From Lama guanicoe (lineage: Eukaryota), in the NCBI GenBank assembly GCA_013239625.1, contig MU053216.1, positions 374,001 to 438,000 on the forward strand: a DNA stretch of 64,000 nucleotides. The letters run 5' to 3'. This document shows positions 59,882 to 64,000 of this stretch, piece after piece. Numbering within the stretch: position 1 is the first letter of the stretch; each line of letters begins with the position of its first letter. Below the pieces are notes generated by a model. The model saw nothing but the letters and a program-made list of their open reading frames with translations. It had not been told where the DNA came from and made no database searches. The position numbers and the translations under genes are program-made.

Positions 59882-62800
59882 CTGTGTGGGGGGACAGACA
59901 TGTCAGGACAGGTGCCCCCGCATCCGGCTGGGGGAGGGGCAGCAGACGCGCCGACTGAGTGACCACAGGGGCCAGAAAGTGACTGGGCCGGGACGGACTT
60001 CTGAAGCCACAGCCTCCGAGGCAGGACTGCCCACGGGCAACACTGCTGAGATTTCATGGAAGGAACAGGCCAGAGGGGAGCCCGGGCCAAGGCCGAAGCG
60101 GGCTCCTGCCAGGCCCGTGGGGAGGGGCTCAGCGACAGGGCCCGAGGCTGAGGCTTCCTCTGCGGTCCTGCTCCCAGGACCTGCCTAACTCAGACGCATT
60201 TTGGGAGCCAACAGCAAACCACTGCAGACCCCGTGTAGTTGAAGGCCGCGCTTTCTGTTAGAGCTGGAGGGAGCTGTGGGCGATTTCGGAAACGGGCAAC
60301 TGGCGAGGCCGGAGGAGCTGGGGAGGGCTTCATGGGGGCCGTGTCTGGCACGGGATCACGAGGGTCGCGGTGCGGACACGCAGAGGGAAGGGCCTGCCGG
60401 GCGGAGGACACAGGTGAGGCGGCGGGGTGTGCGGGATGGTGAGGGTTTGGCCGGACCACGTGTTGGGAGAGAGGCGGGAGGTCAGTCTGGGAGAGGCTCC
60501 CAAGGTCAAGAGTGACTGAAAGTAGGTGCTGGCCTGCCGTTCTCCGGCTCCCAATGGAAGGAACGAAAACAGTAGAAACAAGGCTCCTGCCCCACAGCAA
60601 TTACCCCAAGTAGCAACAGACAAGGGCAGACACACAGCTTCACGTGGACAAACGGCCAGAACTGGAGGCCGAGCAAACGTGCTGGCCCCTCGTCGGCCTC
60701 TCGGTCCAGAAATCGAACTGGCAAAAAGCCCAAATCCCGAAGGCTCTCCCTGAAATCCCCAGTCTGTCTTTCTCTCCCCACTGCGCGTGGGCTTCCAAGG
60801 GGGCGGGTAAAAGGAGGCAGTGACATGAAGGGTCCAGGCTCCTCACTGAATTGGGGAGCGACCTGAAGCCCAAGGGAACTCCTGGGCGCGGGGAGTGAGC
60901 TTGTAGCTAACACAGGCTGACTCTGCGGAGAGACCCTCAGAGCACACTCCCCTGCCTGCACCGCCAGGTGGGCAGGCCCTAATTTACCCACAACCTGGCC
61001 CACAAACTGCCGCTTGGAGGGGGCTGAGGGGCCCAAAGATGACACAGCAGAAGCCAGAACAAAGACCACGCGGCGCGGAGATGGAGGGAGAGGGGAGATG
61101 GTGCAAACGCAGGGAAAGGTCCGGGCCCAGAAGGAAATGCAGCTGGTGAGCGAGCGAGGGACAGAGGACGTTTGTCACAACTGCCTTCTGCCACAAACAG
61201 ACGCTCTTTCAAAGACAGAAAGTTTAAATGAAAGGGAAAATGACACTGAGGACCAAACTGCATCCTGGAAAAACCAGCCAACGAGCGTGAGACAGGGAGC
61301 TGCTGATGGCAGGTTGGGGTCAGAGACAGGCTGGGTGATGTGCGGAGTGAGGTTGGCGAGACCGAACGGCCAAGACAGCAGAGGACACAAAGGTGCCTCC
61401 ACACAGGGCATGGGTGTCTCTGAGGGACGGCGTCCAAACAGGAGACAGAAGACGTATTCAGAAAGGTAGCACTGAAGAAACTCCCTGGAGGGAGAGCGGA
61501 ACCCGCAGGTCAGAGCTTGTATTGCTGCAGGAAAACCGGGTGCAGGCTGCCCCACATTCTGCCACTTTCTCGCCAGGCTATGAAAGGTCAAGGGTTAAGA
61601 AACATCTTCAGGCAAGAAAAGGAAATTGTGCAGGAGGAAGACATCGGCTGCCTCCGAGGCGCTCACACGGGGCGGCAGGCACACCCGCCCAGCGTCGGGG
61701 GTCTTGACAGAACTGGGTCCTCCCCCACCTGCTCCATCCCTGGCGGGAGGCAGACCCCTCCCATGGAGACACTCCGTTTGATGGATAAAACACTGCACTC
61801 CCTTTCTGCCTTTGGGAATGAACCATCCCCCCTTCCCTGGTTTTAACTTTTCCCATTTCCTCCACACCTGTTACCCAACCCGCAGCAAACTCTGCCTCCC
61901 GCTGCGCCTCACTTCCACCCCTCCCCAGGCAGCTCTGGTCCACACAGCCTCGGCTTCCGCACGTCCAGCTCCAGGCCTCCGAACCCTCCTTTACCCAAGG
62001 CGTGCTGAGGCTGGTTGGGGCTCAGAGTCAGATGCAGAGGTATGGCCTACACACAGGATGGCACCGCCGCCCCATTATACCCCTCGAGGTCCCCAGCGCC
62101 ACAGCCGTGGCAGAAGACGCAGGCCCAGGGTTCGGGTCAAAAGAAGCCCCTGCGCCCCTGCTGGCCCCCTCGCTCCAGCCAGACGCCCTCCACTGCCTGT
62201 GTTCACCAGAACTTCTCGCCTGCTTCCTGTCACACCATCCTTCTTCTCTGCCCCCAGGTTTTCTCGCAGCTCATCCCTGGTCCTGGAAGGCTTTCCCAGC
62301 CTCCTCTCCCCTCCAAGGTCACCTGCCACCGGCAGCCTCTCTCCCGCCTCCCCTTGGGGGCTGGAGGCCGGGAAGGGCAGGGGCGGAGCTCTGGCGCTGC
62401 CCGTGGGAGGGGCCGGTTCTTGCTGTCAGTTCTGTGGCCAGGCCTCTCCCCTTAGTCCCTTGGCCTCTACACCCCCCACCCGCCTGGGTCTGCAGCAGCT
62501 GAACGTCCCAACCCCCACCCCAGCCAGACCCTGAATCCCCTCTTCTTGGTCTCCCATCCTCTGAAAACCCTCAGCCAGTGGATCCTTCCTTCAGAGCGGC
62601 CAGGCCCCCACCTCTCCCCGAACCAGGCTGCTCAGCCTCGGGGAAGCCTCCTGACCGGCCTGCCTCCCCTGCCCCCCCCCCCCCCCCCGTTCGGCCCCCC
62701 CGCGGCCACTGCTCGCTGACAGCGACACCCTAACTCCCCCCACCCGACCCCGTCTTTACTGACAGCTGCTTGGAAGCCTCCCCTCACCTGTCCTCACCTT

Positions 62801-63876
62801 TCCGGCCCAGGACCCTCCCCTGGCGGCCTCCCCCTTGGCTCCTGCAGCCCCAGAGCCCACGTGACGCATCTCAGCATCTGGCTCCCTTGGCACAAGTCAT
62901 GCGCCGTCCTGCCCACAGTCACCCTGCAACGTGGGCTGGGTGTCTGGTCCTTGACTCTGCATGGCCCCCAGGGCTCCGTCGAGAGGCCCTTGTTCTCCCA
63001 GGAGACCTGCCTTGGAGACCTGACCCCGTTTATTCACAGCGAACAGCAGGATGTCGCAGGGGCGTCGCTGAAGCTGGAATCAGCCACTCTGTTCTGCTTA
63101 CCCTCTGTCAAGACCCCACCGCCCAGAAGAAGGGCTGGTTCGGCCATGCTGGCAGGAGGACGTGGTCCAGAGGGACGTCCATCCAGCCTCTCAGGTCTCC
63201 CAGGACAGAATTAGACAGACCTGAGCCTGCTTTATTGTCTCTCAGGTGCAACTAAGCATCACCCCTGCCCCCAGCCCCCAGTTTGGAGAATCACACCAGA
63301 TTTCAAAGCGCAGAGGAGGCAACTTTAGCAGAGTCACGAGCAGGCACATCCCTCGGCAATTAGCATGTAACCCAAAGCAATTCCCAGTGACCACCAAGCC
63401 CTTAGTAACTACCCTGGGAACCTACCAGCCCCGCACAGCAATGAGCCAGGAGCGAGTCTGCACCCCACGCTTCCCCTCGGAGGGCAGAGTTAACCCCAGT
63501 CTCCAACTCCTGCCAGGAATGCCATCTCCCCGCTCATCACCCTGACGGGGCTCAGCCGTCTAACTGCACATGGTGGCTTTCCTCGCCCCTCCAGGCCTGG
63601 GAATGAGCTGAATTTATCCTGTGCCTGTGCCAGAGCGTAAGACAGGGCCCGATGCCTGACCGCCAAATGTGGAGGACTTTATCCCAGGCCCCGACGTGCC
63701 CTCCAGCTGGCACGGTGTGGCGATGGCACTTGCACGTCCCAGCCCAGAGGGTGGCAGCTTAACTCCTGTTCTCCGGCCTCTGGTGGGGAGGGTCAACAGG
63801 AGATCCCCTCCCCGGCCCTGGGGAGAATGAGGGGAAGCGCAGAGAGGGCAGAGCCACGGGTGGAGGCAGCACTCAC

Positions 63877-64000
63877 AGCACCACCAGGCTGCTGAGGTTC
63901 TGGAAGGCGCGGTCGGGGACGTGGGCAATGCGGTTGAGGGCCAGCGTCATGGCCTGCAGGCCGGGGAGGTGGCTGAGGGCCCTGACCGGGATCTCGGTGA
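63877..64000 (-). CDS. LGR6: LGR6 exon 5 (LRR), cut by the window edge
   Basis: [40 protein letters not shown](L); donor CT|GTGAGT. Confidence 0.95.

Overview
Mammalian genomic DNA, most likely a camelid (two tRNA-derived Vic-1-type SINEs; inference). The window holds the conserved PPP1R12B - UBE2T - LGR6 block. PPP1R12B (MYPT2) is on the minus strand: coding exon 1 at 15892-16182, with intron 1 running off the left edge. UBE2T is complete on the plus strand: six coding exons, 24237-27142, 204 aa, catalytic Cys86 intact. LGR6 is on the minus strand: part of exon 5 plus exons 6-18, 33423-64000. All exon boundaries were read as GT-AG and splice into continuous frames; exon numbers follow my recollection of the human genes. 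PPP1R12B and UBE2T are divergent from two separate CpG islands; UBE2T and LGR6 are convergent. The rest is introns, L1/L2/MIR/MaLR/DNA-transposon remnants, simple repeats and one N gap. I found no convincing new gene system. The best leads are small: an in-frame strong-Kozak uORF in PPP1R12B, a near-perfect ~265 bp tandem duplication in an LGR6 intron, a possible LGR6 poly(A) site shift, promoter motif clusters, and a GC transition across the window. Repeat family names and comparisons to human/mouse come from memory, not from searches.
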